A DNA stretch of 63,899 nt, counting the filler, from Octopus bimaculoides (lineage: Eukaryota): NCBI RefSeq assembly GCF_001194135.2. It is 4 parts of 4 records of this genome, joined end to end, with 100 filler letters (N's around TTAATTAATTAA, not from the genome) between each part and the next. Parts side by side here need not be neighbours in the genome. Positions count along the whole stretch, not along the records: positions 60,033 to 62,544 come from NC_068995.1; positions 62,645 to 63,899 come from NW_026398644.1; 2 more parts are not named here. One strand, 5' to 3'. Positions within the stretch are counted from its first letter, which is position 1. Every line of letters begins with the position of its first letter. Below are positions 62,293-63,899 of the stretch, piece after piece. Made by a program: the position numbers and the translations under genes. The notes under the pieces are model-generated. The model did no database searches. It was not told where the DNA came from and saw nothing but the letters and a program-made list of their open reading frames with translations.

Positions 62293-62391
62293 TTTTTTTG
62301 CTCGATAATGTCCATCGAATTGTCCAATCTTCAGTTATTTACGTAGATACCATTAGTGATCATCAAATGAGCCCGTCTGTTCATTTCAAAA
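62293..62391 (+). CDS. Candidate phase 1-1 exon of an unidentified gene
   Basis: ttttctactcag|, 99-nt open frame (x)FLLDNVHRIVQSSVIYVDTISDHQMSPSVHFK(x), donor AAA|GTATGT. Confidence 0.33.
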
Positions 62392-62544
62392 GTATGTCTA
62401 AATGCATAAAAGTTTCCAGATGACAAGATCAAAGGTCACAAGTATATATATACATGGGTGTGTGTGTGTGTGTCTGTGTGTATGCATATATATGCGTATA
62501 TATATATATATGTATATACATATATACATATGTATATATATATA

Positions 62545-62644
62545 NNNNNNNNNNNNNNNNNNNNNNNNNNNNNNNNNNNNNNNNNNNNTTAATTAATTAA
62601 NNNNNNNNNNNNNNNNNNNNNNNNNNNNNNNNNNNNNNNNNNNN
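62545..62644. other. Artificial 100-bp join spacer
   Basis: 44 N, TTAATTAATTAA (62589-62600), 44 N. Confidence 0.95.
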
Positions 62645-63899
62645 TCTGCGCTCTAGTACTAACTTACATTTTGCATTTACGGCTCCGTTGGTGGTTAATG
62701 AGCCCTGCTCTTGATAAGCATACATGACTGCAAACATTGAGATTAAGCTTTCGCCATTCACTATACGAGCCGTGCACTTTCGCGCAGCTCGCTTAAATTC
62801 TTCATGCTGGATACGTGCTCTCTCAAAAGTGTTGATCCCCTCCTTAACCGGCTTCCTCCATCTGTGGCGATGACAGGCATTGTTCTCCCAGTCAGTGTCC
62901 TGCATATCACAAGCCTTTAATGAGGACTTGACACAGTCCATAAAGTGCAGCCTTGGTTTCTGTCGGAGTCTCCTTCCGTTCACAAGTTCTCCATATAGCA
63001 TCTGCTTAGGTATCCTGCTATCCTTCATTCTAATAACGTGTCCAGTCCAACGTAACCGGTGCTTGTGCACCATCGCCTCAATACTCAAGATATCAGCTGT
63101 CCTCAGGATCTGTGTGTCTGGAATCCTTGAGGTCCAGCCAACATTGAGAATGTGCCTGAGACATCTCTGATGAAAGCGTTCAAGGACCCTTACCTGATGT
63201 TTGTACAGAGTCCATGTGTCACACAAGTAGAGGAGCGATGTTAGTACACAAGCACGGTACACAGCAACTTTTGTTTGCCTTGCTATGCCATGCTGAGACC
63301 AGACACAAGACTGAAGATATTGGAAGGAATTAGTTGCTCTCTGCAACCTGAAACATATTTCCTCATCCAGGGAGCAAGAATGGCTGAGTGTGCTGCCCAG
63401 GTAGACAAACTTGTCTACTACCTTCAGAATTGTTCCTTCAACCAAGATAGCTGGTTTCACATATGGATTTCCTGGTGCAGGCTGGAACATTACGACAGTC
63501 TTGTCCAGGTTAATGCCAAGTTCAAATGCCTTGCAAGAAGCAGAAATGCAATTCATGAGTATTTGCATGTCATCCACTGCATGAGTAACTAAGTCACAGT
63601 CATCTGCATAAAGGAGGTCACGAATAATAGAGTGGAGAACCTTTGAATTGGCAGCAAATCGGCGAAGATTAAAGAAGCGGCCAGAAGATAGATATCTGAC
63701 ATAAATTCCCAGAGAGCTAACCTTAGCAAACGCATGAGTAAAAGCAGCAGCAAAGTACAAAGAAAAGAGAGTTGGGGCAAGGATGTCACCCTGCTTGACA
63801 CCATTCTCTACAGGAATGGGTCCCGCCATGCCACCACCAACATTAACCCAAGTCTCCATCCCATCATGAAATGATTTAATTATAGATATAAAGTGATCT
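62645..63899 (-). mobile_element. RTE (BovB-like) LINE, RT C-half with an almost intact ORF
   Basis: GVKQGDILAPTLFSLYF, DLLYADDCDL, FVYLGS, ERFHQRCLRHIL, RLRWTGHVIRM...RIPKQMLYGEL; stop-free from the window end to a 1-nt deletion near 62740. Confidence 0.95.

Overview
Eukaryotic, AT-rich, microsatellite-dense DNA with many N gaps. The SINE families and repeat landscape point to an octopod cephalopod genome (inference). The window is four pieces joined by an artificial 44N-TTAATTAATTAA-44N spacer (28906-29005, 59933-60032, 62545-62644). The only confident host gene is the 3' half of an astacin (M12A) zinc metalloprotease on +: exons 2347-2522 (HELLHALGFFHEQSRPDRD) and 8830-9047 (SLMHY Met-turn, stop). 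The rest is mostly transposon debris: three different Penelope-like elements (PLE), a near full-length decayed Tx1/L1, CR1, RTE, Dong/R4 and HERO-like fragments, mariner/Tc1 fossils, MITEs, Helitron-like ends and many tRNA-derived SINEs. The most interesting signals are RNA-structural. First, a four-copy family of minimal hammerhead-like motifs with a non-canonical CUGUNGA(A) core, tied to the 3' pseudo-LTR of one PLE. Second, a 1.7-kb foldback in the astacin intron whose arms each carry a hammerhead core with a ~97-nt extended stem II. A second foldback lies at 42.5-43.6 kb. There is also a CpG-decay contrast between pieces and a few orphan candidate exons. Repeat boundaries are approximate because they were read by eye.
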